Below are positions 1 to 8,469 of a DNA stretch of 64,000 bases, one piece after another; within the stretch, counting starts at the first letter, position 1; every line of letters starts with the position of its first letter. Source of the stretch: Bacillota bacterium (GTDB lineage: Bacteria; Bacillota; Clostridia; Lachnospirales; Lachnospiraceae); assembly GCA_023424995.1 (NCBI GenBank), contig JAFADH010000332.1:17237-81236 (forward strand). The letters run 5' to 3'. Both the position numbers and the translations under genes were made by a program. The notes under the pieces were generated by a model, which did no database searches, was not told the DNA's origin, and worked only from the letters and a program-made list of their open reading frames with translations.

Positions 1-104
1 TCAATACGATTGATGCCGGGCGGAAGGTGCTGGCAGTGCTGGCAGTCAGATTCGGTAATACCAGGCTGATTGATAATATGGTGTTGGAAAAGGGGAGCAG
101 GTAA
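1..104 (+). CDS. panC: pantoate--beta-alanine ligase, C-terminal fragment (gene enters from the left edge)
   Basis: The frame in phase with nt 3 reads ...NTIDAGRKVLAVLAVRFGNTRLIDNMVLEKGSR, then TAA at 102-104. The G-x-TRLIDN ending is the typical PanC C-terminus, and the gene lies directly upstream of coaB/coaC. Confidence 0.55.
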   Translation, partial: NTIDAGRKVLAVLAVRFGNTRLIDNMVLEKGSR

Positions 105-105
105 G

Positions 106-912
106 ATGAAGATCATAATAACGGCAGGCAAAACCACAGAGCGGATAGATCCTGTCAGGAAGATCACAAATTCCGCCACAGGGAGGCTCGGCAGCCTGAT
201 CGCTGAAGAATTCGCCGGACAAGGGAAGGACAGGATGGATCAGATCTATTATATCTGCGAGAAGGGGACTATTGTTCCCGAACTTAATTGCTTGGAGACT
301 GTAACCGTAGAAGGAGTGAGTGGTGTGAAGGATAAGCTCACCGAACTTCTTACCTCCTATGAAATCGATGCTGTAATTCATACCATGGCAGTAAGCGACT
401 ATACCGTAGACCGCTTAACCACAGAGGAAGGTCTCTCGGAGTTCCTTGCCGGCAGGCTTTCTTCTGTGAATAAGCATAATAATCAGGTGTTCCTGAGCGA
501 ACCGCTGCTGGCTGAATTTATCAGGTCCTGTATAAAAGAGAATGACCGTTTGCTTGACAATCGTAACAAGGTCGGTTCTAATATTGATAACCTGATACTT
601 TCCATGAAGCAGACGCCCAAGCTGATCGGTTTGATCAAAGCCTTGCAGCCGTCAACCATACTTGTTGGTTTCAAGCTGCTGAAGGATGTGGAGAAGGAGG
701 TGCTGATAGATACCGGATATGAACTGCTCCTTAAAAATAACTGTGATTTAGTGCTTGCCAATGATTTAATGGATATTCGAGGCGACAGCCACACAGGGCT
801 GCTTATTGCACCGGATAAATCGTATACATCCTATGGGACAAAGAGTGAAATTGCGTATGGTATAGTGAAAGAGGTCATGAAACTGATAAAAAAGAGGGGG
901 AATCAGCCATGA
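106..912 (+). CDS. coaB: phosphopantothenate--cysteine ligase (stand-alone CoaB)
   Basis: ORF 70-912. The preferred start is ATG 106 (MKIIITAGKTTERIDPVRKITNSATGRLG), preceded by a GGGGAGCAGG purine-rich SD. The ITAGxTxExIDPVRxIxNxS(S/T)G motif is that of the CoaB half of Dfp. The stop overlaps the coaC start (ATGA at 909-912). Confidence 0.75.
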   Translation: MKIIITAGKTTERIDPVRKITNSATGRLGSLIAEEFAGQGKDRMDQIYYICEKGTIVPELNCLETVTVEGVSGVKDKLTELLTSYEIDAVIHTMAVSDYTVDRLTTEEGLSEFLAGRLSSVNKHNNQVFLSEPLLAEFIRSCIKENDRLLDNRNKVGSNIDNLILSMKQTPKLIGLIKALQPSTILVGFKLLKDVEKEVLIDTGYELLLKNNCDLVLANDLMDIRGDSHTGLLIAPDKSYTSYGTKSEIAYGIVKEVMKLIKKRGNQP

Positions 913-1457
913 AGAATATAATTCTGGGCGTAACGGGCAGTATTGCCGCTTATAAAGCTGCCGATATTGTTAATATACTCACTAAGGAGGGTTATAATGT
1001 CGATGTGATTATGACAAAGGGAGGGATGGAATTTATCACGCCCCTGACCCTTCAGACACTTTCAAAAAACAGAGTTTATACCGATGTGTTCCAGGAGGAC
1101 TATCCCCGGAATATAAAGCATATATCCCTTGCGAAGAAAGCCGATCTGCTGCTGATAGCTCCTGCTTCCGCCGACATCATAGGCAAGCTGGCGGGAGGGA
1201 TAGCGGATGATATGCTCACCTCCGTCGTACTGGCGGTACGGGATATTCCGCGTTATATTGCTCCCGCCATGAATACGAATATGTATGAGAACCCGATCGT
1301 CCGGGATAACCTGCAAAAGCTCCGGGCATACGGCTTCCGAATTATTGAGCCGAAGGAAGCGCGGCTTGCCTGCGGGGACCTGGGTAAAGGTGCCCTGGCA
1401 GATGTGGATACGATTATAAAGACAGTAAAAGAAGCCATACCATCGGAGCCGGAATGA
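909..1457 (+). CDS. coaC: phosphopantothenoylcysteine decarboxylase (flavoprotein, stand-alone CoaC)
   Basis: MKNIILGVTGSIAAYKAADIVNIL... carries the GxTGSIAAYK flavoprotein signature of CoaC / Dfp N-terminal domain. It is translationally coupled to coaB. Confidence 0.8.
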   Translation: MKNIILGVTGSIAAYKAADIVNILTKEGYNVDVIMTKGGMEFITPLTLQTLSKNRVYTDVFQEDYPRNIKHISLAKKADLLLIAPASADIIGKLAGGIADDMLTSVVLAVRDIPRYIAPAMNTNMYENPIVRDNLQKLRAYGFRIIEPKEARLACGDLGKGALADVDTIIKTVKEAIPSEPE

Positions 1458-1542
1458 TGAATCCGGGATCAGTCCATATGAATTATGCCGGCTAATGCTA
1501 TGAATATGATAAAATTCAGTGCATAATTATTTAGATGATTAT

Positions 1543-1571
1543 TTGACAATAAATGCATTATGATTTATAAT
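1543..1571 (+). promoter_or_regulatory. SigA-type promoter upstream of the DUF4143 ATPase gene
   Basis: TTGACA (1543-1548), 17-nt spacer, TATAAT (1566-1571), in a very AT-rich spacer. Confidence 0.45.
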
Positions 1572-1688
1572 ATATTATAAAAATGTGATTTGATACACAT
1601 TATAATATATAATTATGTGATAAATATCACATAAAAGTCTGCTATTATGTGATTTTATATATAGTCTATAAAAATGTGAGGCGTTATA

Positions 1689-3023
1689 ATGGAACGATTG
1701 ATCCTTAGCGAATTACTTAAGTGGAAGGAATCGAAATATCGGAAGCCGTTAATTCTAAAGGGAGTCCGTCAGGTAGGAAAAACCTGGGTGCTTAAAGAAT
1801 TCGGAAAAAGATATTATGAGAATGTGGCATATTTTAATTTTGACGAGAATGAAGAATATAAACAATTCTTTGAAACCACCAAGGATGTCAGCCGCATTAT
1901 ACAAAACCTGATCTTTGCCGGTGGTCAGAAAATAATACCCGGACAAACCTTAATTATATTCGATGAAGTACAGGACTGTCCGAAGGTAATTAATTCAATG
2001 AAATATTTTTGTGAGAATGCGCCGGAATATCATGTGGCATGCGCGGGCTCCCTGCTTGGGATTGCTCTTGCAAAACCATCTTCCTTCCCTGTGGGAAAAG
2101 TGGATTTTATGCATATTTATCCTATGACCTTCACAGAATTCCTTATGGCAAACGGTGATGACAATCTTACCGGTTATATGAAGAATGCAGATAATCTTGA
2201 ACCAATTCCTTCCGCATTCTTTAACCCTCTTTATGAAAAACTGAAGATGTATTTCGTAACGGGGGGAATGCCGGAGCCTGTTAAGATGTGGACACAAGAG
2301 CGGGATACGGAACTCATACAGTCTTCTTTATCCAACATTATTAATGCATATGAGCGGGATTTTGCAAAGCATCCCGATATCAGGGAATTTCCAAAGATAT
2401 CATTAATATGGAAGTCCATCCCTTCCCAGCTGGCGAAGGAAAATAAAAAGTTTATTTATAAGGTTGTTAAGGAAGGTGCCAGGGCAAGAGAGTACGAAGA
2501 TGCATTGCAGTGGCTGGTGGATGCGGAGCTTGTCAGCAAGATCTATCGAAGCGGTCAGCCGGGATTGCCCATATCTGCTTATGATGACCTGTCAGCATTT
2601 AAAATATATTTGGTTGATGTAGGATTATTGCGCAGGCTGGCTCTGCTTTCACCATCCGCATTTACGGATGGGAACAGACTATTTACAGAATTTAAGGGAG
2701 CACTTAGTGAGAACTATGTATTACAGGCGCTTGGAAGCCAGATAGAGGTCGTCCCGAGATATTGGTCCATGATCAATCCTGCCTACGAGATAGACTTTAT
2801 TATTCAGCGGGAGAATGATATCTTTCCGGTAGAGGTTAAATCAGAAGATAATTTAAAAAGCATCAGCCTTAGAAAGTATAAAGAAAAATATAATGATAAG
2901 GTTAAGCTGCGCATCCGTTTTTCACTGGATAATTTAAAATTGGATGGAGATATCCTTAATATTCCGCTTTTTATGGCGGACCATGCGGACCGGTTGATCG
3001 GGCTGGCTTTAAGCAGGCTGTAA
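1689..3023 (+). CDS. AAA-family ATPase with DUF4143-type C-terminal domain
   Basis: 444 aa. It has the Walker A motif GVRQVGKTW and the Walker B-like motif LIIFDEVQ. The overall AAA_14 + DUF4143 architecture resembles the common 'ATP-binding protein' family. SD GTGAGG lies 7 nt before the ATG. Confidence 0.7.
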   Translation: MERLILSELLKWKESKYRKPLILKGVRQVGKTWVLKEFGKRYYENVAYFNFDENEEYKQFFETTKDVSRIIQNLIFAGGQKIIPGQTLIIFDEVQDCPKVINSMKYFCENAPEYHVACAGSLLGIALAKPSSFPVGKVDFMHIYPMTFTEFLMANGDDNLTGYMKNADNLEPIPSAFFNPLYEKLKMYFVTGGMPEPVKMWTQERDTELIQSSLSNIINAYERDFAKHPDIREFPKISLIWKSIPSQLAKENKKFIYKVVKEGARAREYEDALQWLVDAELVSKIYRSGQPGLPISAYDDLSAFKIYLVDVGLLRRLALLSPSAFTDGNRLFTEFKGALSENYVLQALGSQIEVVPRYWSMINPAYEIDFIIQRENDIFPVEVKSEDNLKSISLRKYKEKYNDKVKLRIRFSLDNLKLDGDILNIPLFMADHADRLIGLALSRL

Positions 3024-3075
3024 TTATATGATTTCGAGCTTATTGGTTATTTATTATAATACGAGGGAGCTTTTT

Positions 3076-4665
3076 ATGAGACGGTTTATTTTACTTATAA
3101 TAGTCGGACTATCCCTGCTTTCAGGCTGCGGCAGGGAACAGGAGGCGGAGAAAGCGTTATATCAGCCGGACGCCGGGAAAGAATTATTAACGGATACAAC
3201 AGGCAGCGATATTATTCGGGAATTATCGGCTTCCGGTGCGGCAGAGGATATTACGGAAGAGGCTCCTGCGAATGCTGCAGCGGATAACGGCACGGAGGCT
3301 TTTGTTACGTTAAAAGAGGATGGAAGCATTGAATTTGACCTAAGGGAGGCCGCTTCGGTTCAGATACAAAGTGTGCCTGATTATAAAGGAATTAAAATTA
3401 CAGATACGCAGACAGTGAATGAGGTCAGCGGCAGGTTTCATGCTTTTAAACCGCGTACAGAAGGTAATGATAAGCCGGAGTACAATTATACCCTGACGTT
3501 CTGCGATGTCTCAGGGAATGAATTAGTCAGTCTCAAGGTTTATGAGAATTTTACCATAGGTTATGATGGAGTAACCTATTATGATGAGACAGAGCAGTTA
3601 TATATATGGCAGGTCAGAGAACTATATATTGAAGCCATAAGAGATACTTTTACTTATGATAGTACTTCATTTACAGCAAATGGTGCTGGATTCAATCTGA
3701 AGGAGCTTGATAACAGTATCAATGCAATCACAAATTATACCTGGTTCGGCAGCACGGAGTTTCCGGATCCGGCCCTGTTCCTGGAGTGCCATATCAGTCC
3801 CAAGGTAGGGTACGGTGCTGTATTTGACGTAGAAAAGATGGATTTTGTATTTGGAGCGTACGGAGCACCTTTTGCCTGCAATTCTTCTGCCGGCAGTATT
3901 GTCTATGCATTTGAAGACAGTGTATATAATTACTGGGGAGATATCCTTTATCAGAATAATGATAAAAGCGTCTTTATAGGAGATCTGGAATATGATGCCA
4001 AAGCAGGCAGTTCGATTGTGATCACCCTGCAAAGTATTCAGAGAGAGGAAAGTCATTCTGTTACCAGATTGAACTACCATCCGGCGCCTTATTCTCCTGA
4101 AGATTATGGATTGGCCGGAAGAGAAGACGGAGAGCTTTTAGCTGAATTCAATGCTGACCTAACTCATGATGGGGCCGATGAGAGTATTACGGTCTCCATG
4201 ATTGAAGCTGGCGGAGAGCTGATAGTTTTAAAGGTATTAAATACAGCGGGAGAAATCCTGTGGATTGAGACCGCCCATACTGCCCATGCCGGATGGAACA
4301 CGATCTATCTGTGTGAATTAGACGGGAAAAAGTACCTGCTGGCTTTTAATCCTTATCAGAATACAGGCACGGCATCCTTTACTTATGTGCTGTTTCATCT
4401 GACCGGTCCGGGGACAATTGAGACAGCCGACAGCGGCTATTATGGATTTAGTTATGGAGCGGACGAGGGGACAGAAGGAGCTTTTGATGAAGCGGTCTTC
4501 AGAACCTTTGCTGACCAGGTAAATATCTATCTGAAGAATAGCCGGCTTCTGATGAGTACGGAGGGAGGAGAACCGCTTTTCAGCACCGGGGATAATCATC
4601 TGCCTGCACCGAAAGAATATGAGACGGACAGGTGGATAGCATCCATCAGAAATAGTCTGTACTGA
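3076..4665 (+). CDS. lipoprotein of unknown function
   Basis: ORF 3028-4665. The preferred start is ATG 3076 (MRRFILLIIVGLSLLSGC), 6 nt after GAGGGAG. It has a lipobox L-L-S-G-C. I recognise no catalytic motif. Confidence 0.65.
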   Translation: MRRFILLIIVGLSLLSGCGREQEAEKALYQPDAGKELLTDTTGSDIIRELSASGAAEDITEEAPANAAADNGTEAFVTLKEDGSIEFDLREAASVQIQSVPDYKGIKITDTQTVNEVSGRFHAFKPRTEGNDKPEYNYTLTFCDVSGNELVSLKVYENFTIGYDGVTYYDETEQLYIWQVRELYIEAIRDTFTYDSTSFTANGAGFNLKELDNSINAITNYTWFGSTEFPDPALFLECHISPKVGYGAVFDVEKMDFVFGAYGAPFACNSSAGSIVYAFEDSVYNYWGDILYQNNDKSVFIGDLEYDAKAGSSIVITLQSIQREESHSVTRLNYHPAPYSPEDYGLAGREDGELLAEFNADLTHDGADESITVSMIEAGGELIVLKVLNTAGEILWIETAHTAHAGWNTIYLCELDGKKYLLAFNPYQNTGTASFTYVLFHLTGPGTIETADSGYYGFSYGADEGTEGAFDEAVFRTFADQVNIYLKNSRLLMSTEGGEPLFSTGDNHLPAPKEYETDRWIASIRNSLY

Positions 4666-4684
4666 GGCTTCGTTAAAGTTTTCT

Positions 4685-4713
4685 TTGACAGCTGTTTTAC
4701 AATATGCTACAAT
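4685..4713 (+). promoter_or_regulatory. near-consensus SigA promoter with extended -10
   Basis: TTGACA (4685-4690), 17-nt spacer ending in TGC, TACAAT (4708-4713). Confidence 0.55.
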
Positions 4714-4719
4714 TCAACT

Positions 4720-4972
4720 GTAAAATTATAATGATGATAATGAAAGGATGGTTTTGATGTCGGTATTAACTGTAAGCGAGGTTCGTGCTAACTAGCACAT
4801 AACTTAACATGTGTAGGGTACATTGTGTTACCTTTTTCTTTTTGTACCTTACTTTACGCCTCTACAGTCAATACTCGCAAAACTGTCTTGCTATAGATGA
4901 ATTCCGCTGCCGTCAGGCAGGTCATTTATCCGAATCCAAGGCATAATAGGTGTATCCTGTTATGCCTTTTTG
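4720..4972 (+). ncRNA. candidate structured RNA (unclassified) ending at an intrinsic terminator
   Basis: The promoter at 4685-4713 precedes it. A long-range helix pairs 4761-4781 (CGGTATTAACTGTA..GAGG) with 4859-4877 (CCTCTACAGTCAATACTCG). This helix encloses two hairpins, GTGCTA/TAGCAC and GTAGGGTAC/GTACCTTAC. A terminator follows: AAGGCATAA-N13-TTATGCCTT plus a T-run (4938-4972). Confidence 0.35.
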
Positions 4973-5138
4973 ATTCGTCATAAATGCTTGTGAAAGAAGC
5001 TTCTATATGCTGACATCAGCCCACAGGGAGTATTCCAAGGTTATGTATTGGCGGACTTTCTGTGGGCTTTTAAATTATCAGGGACGATCCGCGGAGCACC
5101 TTATGCGGATCCGAATGAAAAAAACAGGAGTGAAAGAA

Positions 5139-7160
5139 ATGATAGATAAATCAATGACAGCATTGGAATTTAATAAAATACTGGCAATGCTCGGCGAATA
5201 TGCGGCATCGGATAATGCCAGGAGGAAACTGACACAACTCAAACCAATTTTAAATGAGCGTGAGGTAAATGCCAGGATCAATGATACAACGGAAGGAAGA
5301 AAGATTCTGGACCATATCGGTTCACCGCCCCTGGCCGGTATGAAGGATATGGAGATGCTATTGGAGCTTAGCGAGAAGGGAGCCATGCTGATTCCGGAGC
5401 AGCTGACTGAGGTGGGTCTGTTCATCACTGCCTGCAGGAGGATGAAAAGCTTTCTTAAGAGAGCGGAATTTCTCAATATAGGTCTTGCAGGCTATGGAGG
5501 TTCCATTGATGAACTGCTTCAGCTGTCAGACCGGATCGAAACCTCCATCCGTTATAATACGGTGGATGACAATGCTTCTAAGGAGCTGAAGAGCATCCGG
5601 CGTGAGATGGAGCAGCTTCGGGTACAAATGAAATCAAAACTGGAGAATCTGCTCCGCAGCAGGAAGGAATGGTTCAGCGAGGGCTTTGTATCTGCCAGAA
5701 ACGGACATTTTGTGCTTCCGGTTAAGAAGGAGTATAAGAATCAGATCAGCGGTTCCGTATTGGATATTTCCTCTTCCGGATCAACTTATTTTATGGAACC
5801 GAATGCGGTAGCCAAGCTGAAGGAGGAACTGTCCTTACTGGAGATTGGGGAAAGTAACGAGGAACGCAGAATCCTCTATGAACTGACGGCACTGGTGTGT
5901 GAGAACGCACCTGCGATCCGGCTGAATATGGAGGCAATGGAAACTCTGGATTTCATATTCGCCAAAGCAAAGCTTAGCCTCGATATGAAGGCGGTTCCGG
6001 CAGATATTAATACAAACCGCATAATAAGAATTGTGAACGGAAGGCATCCGCTGATAAAGAAGGAGGAATGTGTGCCTCTGAATTTCACCCTGGGAGAGGA
6101 AATTAACGGTATCGTAATTACCGGACCGAATACCGGCGGTAAAACAGTAGCATTAAAGACGGTCGGACTGATGCAGCTTATGGCGCAGAGCGGTCTGCAC
6201 ATTCCCTGTGAATATGCCCGGTTTGGCATGCGGAATGCCGTCCTGTGTGATATCGGAGACGGACAGAGCATCACGGAGAACTTATCCACCTTCTCCTCCC
6301 ACATCTCAAACATTATCAGCATCATAAGCTATATCAACGAGGACAGTCTGGTTCTGCTGGATGAACTGGGTTCCGGCACCGATCCGGCGGAGGGTATGGG
6401 CATCGCAGTTGCCATACTGGAGGAACTGGGGCGAAAAAAATGCCTCTTTGTCGCTACCACTCATTATCCGGAGATCAAGGAATATGCCAATAAGACAGCG
6501 GGCCTGGTGAATGCTAAGATGGCATTTGACAAAGAAAGCCTTAAGCCCTTATACCGCCTTGAAATCGGGGAGGCAGGCGAAAGCTGCGCCCTCTATATTG
6601 CCAAACGGCTGGGCCTTCCCGGAAGGATGCTGGAGCGTGCTTATCAGGAGGCATATGGGAAGGAACCTTCTTCATATTCCCATATGCCGTACCCTGCAAA
6701 GGAAGCTGAGCCGGAATTACCTGATGGTACGGAATATAAATCAAAGTATGGGGCCATTATTTCCGCAGGTGCAGATTCATCAGGCACAGACGCTTCCGGC
6801 ATAGCTCCTGCGGTCATTCCGCGCATCGAGAAGGCTCCTGCAGAGAAGCAAAAGCCGGTCAGTACACGCAGCCGGCGCTTTCAGGTGGGAGATAGTGTCG
6901 TAGTATATCCCCAGAAGAAGATCGGCATCGTATTCCGTACAGCCAATGAAAAGGGAGAGGTAGGAGTGCAGATACAAAAGAAAAAGGAGTTCGTCAGCCA
7001 TAAACGGTTACAGCTCAAGGTATCCGCTTCCGAGATGTATCCGGAGGATTATGATTTCTCCATTATATTTGACAGTGTGGCTAACCGAAAAGCCAGACAT
7101 AAGATGGAGAAGGGCTATCAGGAGGACCTGGTGATCACCTACGAGCCGGAGGAGCTATAA
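5139..7160 (+). CDS. MutS2-family ATPase (MutS domain V) without a recognisable Smr domain
   Basis: ORF 5007-7160. The preferred start is ATG 5139 (MIDKSMTALEFNKIL...) after ACAGGAGTGAAAG. It has Walker A GPNTGGKTV and the motifs LVLLDELGSGTDP and TTHY of the MutS ATPase. The C-terminus has a KOW-like VGDSVVV...GEV stretch but no HGxG Smr motif. Confidence 0.75.
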   Translation: MIDKSMTALEFNKILAMLGEYAASDNARRKLTQLKPILNEREVNARINDTTEGRKILDHIGSPPLAGMKDMEMLLELSEKGAMLIPEQLTEVGLFITACRRMKSFLKRAEFLNIGLAGYGGSIDELLQLSDRIETSIRYNTVDDNASKELKSIRREMEQLRVQMKSKLENLLRSRKEWFSEGFVSARNGHFVLPVKKEYKNQISGSVLDISSSGSTYFMEPNAVAKLKEELSLLEIGESNEERRILYELTALVCENAPAIRLNMEAMETLDFIFAKAKLSLDMKAVPADINTNRIIRIVNGRHPLIKKEECVPLNFTLGEEINGIVITGPNTGGKTVALKTVGLMQLMAQSGLHIPCEYARFGMRNAVLCDIGDGQSITENLSTFSSHISNIISIISYINEDSLVLLDELGSGTDPAEGMGIAVAILEELGRKKCLFVATTHYPEIKEYANKTAGLVNAKMAFDKESLKPLYRLEIGEAGESCALYIAKRLGLPGRMLERAYQEAYGKEPSSYSHMPYPAKEAEPELPDGTEYKSKYGAIISAGADSSGTDASGIAPAVIPRIEKAPAEKQKPVSTRSRRFQVGDSVVVYPQKKIGIVFRTANEKGEVGVQIQKKKEFVSHKRLQLKVSASEMYPEDYDFSIIFDSVANRKARHKMEKGYQEDLVITYEPEEL

Positions 7161-7173
7161 TCGGAGTGCTGGG

Positions 7174-8094
7174 CTATTCTGCCTGCCGGTTATTATATTT
7201 TGGAGTCGCCATGGTTGTAAAATAAGTGCCCGATATCATGATTAATAAAGCAATGATAAATGTAATACCAGGGAGCTGACGAAACATAACCAGTGAAATT
7301 GATACTCCGATAAAGGGTGCGATTGCATAATATGCACTGGTCTTCGCAGCTCCCAGCTCCCGCTGGGCATATACGTAAAAATATATGCTGAGACCGTAGG
7401 ATACAAACCCCAGCAGCAGTGCGGCAAATATGTACGGCATATGGAAGGAAGCTTCTCTTCGGAGCAAAGACAGGAAAAGAGTTCCCGTACCGGAACCAAA
7501 ACCCTTAATAATAACGACCTTAAGGGTATCCTTCCGGGACAGCATCCTGGTGCAATTGTTCTCAAAGCCCCAGCAGATACAGGCTGATAAGGTAAAAAGC
7601 GAGCCGAAGGAAAAGGATAAGCTGCGGATATTCTCAACAGACAATATCATACTGGCCAGTGTAATCAAGCCGATTCCAAGCCATAGCCGCCGGTTGATTG
7701 CTTCTTTAAAGATAAAATATGCAATTAGCGAGGTGGTAACAATTTCAAAGTTATTCAGGAGGGATACATTAGCCGGAGTGGTAAGGGAAAGCCCGAGCAT
7801 CAGAAAAACAGGCGCGGCAATATCCAATACGATCATACCGAGGATATAGGGCAGTTCTCTTTTTGTTAACTGCAATTCATCCCCTGCCCTGTTCGTTCTG
7901 TTCCGGAAGGCAGCAATAAAAGACATCCCCATGCCTGCACCCAGATATAAAAGGGACGCAATAAAAGTCGGGGAGAGCTTAACCAATAATATTTTGGAAA
8001 CGGGCGAGCTGACGGCATATAAAGCCGCAGCAAGAATAGCCCATAATATAGAGATCTTTTGCTTCAATACTACATGACCGTCCTTTCCTGTCAT
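7174..8094 (-). CDS. EamA/DMT-family transporter
   Basis: 306 aa with about 10 hydrophobic helices. The two-repeat EamA-like organisation starts with ILWAILAAALYAVSSPVSKILL. Confidence 0.7.
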   Translation of the reverse strand: MTGKDGHVVLKQKISILWAILAAALYAVSSPVSKILLVKLSPTFIASLLYLGAGMGMSFIAAFRNRTNRAGDELQLTKRELPYILGMIVLDIAAPVFLMLGLSLTTPANVSLLNNFEIVTTSLIAYFIFKEAINRRLWLGIGLITLASMILSVENIRSLSFSFGSLFTLSACICWGFENNCTRMLSRKDTLKVVIIKGFGSGTGTLFLSLLRREASFHMPYIFAALLLGFVSYGLSIYFYVYAQRELGAAKTSAYYAIAPFIGVSISLVMFRQLPGITFIIALLIMISGTYFTTMATPKYNNRQAE

Positions 8095-8196
8095 ATTAAC
8101 TATATCCCCCCAGGGGGGATATTTTGATTATAGCATATCGGCAGCATAAGTCAACTGGGTTCTATCATTTACCATCAATTGTATGGAAACAAATGG

Positions 8197-8225
8197 TTGA
8201 CATATCCGGGTTTTGCTTATATAAT
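8197..8225 (+). promoter_or_regulatory. consensus SigA promoter of the amino-acid ABC operon leader
   Basis: TTGACA (8197-8202), 17 nt, TATAAT (8220-8225). Confidence 0.55.
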
Positions 8226-8261
8226 CAATAAATATAAAAGTTTATGAATATATAAGCAAAT

Positions 8262-8291
8262 GCGCTTAGATTAGTTTCTAGGCGCTTTTTT
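8262..8291 (+). terminator. intrinsic terminator-like hairpin inside the operon leader
   Basis: GCGCTTAG-N8-CTAGGCGC followed by TTTTTT. It lies about 30-60 nt downstream of the predicted transcription start and about 180 nt before the first start codon. Confidence 0.45.
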
Positions 8292-8469
8292 ATCCCCATG
8301 CAGGCATAAGTATTATGAGCCTGGGTTCACGTTGTGTACATAAGTTAAATTATGAATGTGGATTTATATAGTGTGCATGAGATCGCAATGCAAGTGCGGA
8401 TTCATATTGCATATGAGTATCCGAATTATAAACGCAGAACACATTGGGATAATGGAAATGGAGGCCTTT

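Noticed and set aside
4720-4972. Assignment of the structured RNA to 6S RNA, SRP RNA, tmRNA or RNase P
   Set aside because: The long closing helix is 6S-like in a general way. However, I could not recognise the central-bubble sequence features or any diagnostic motif of these families by eye. It is left unclassified.
5007-5138. N-terminal extensions suggested by the ORF track. Affected ORFs are 5007 MutS2-like, 8356 ABC ATPase, 22959 veg, 28296 ABC-F, 46350-46505 PdxR, 56638 pxpC, 58802 pxpA and 61697-61804 ABC-2 permease.
   Set aside because: In each case an internal ATG with a proper GGAGG-type SD coincides with the conserved family N-terminus. The upstream extension overlaps promoters, leaders or the preceding gene.
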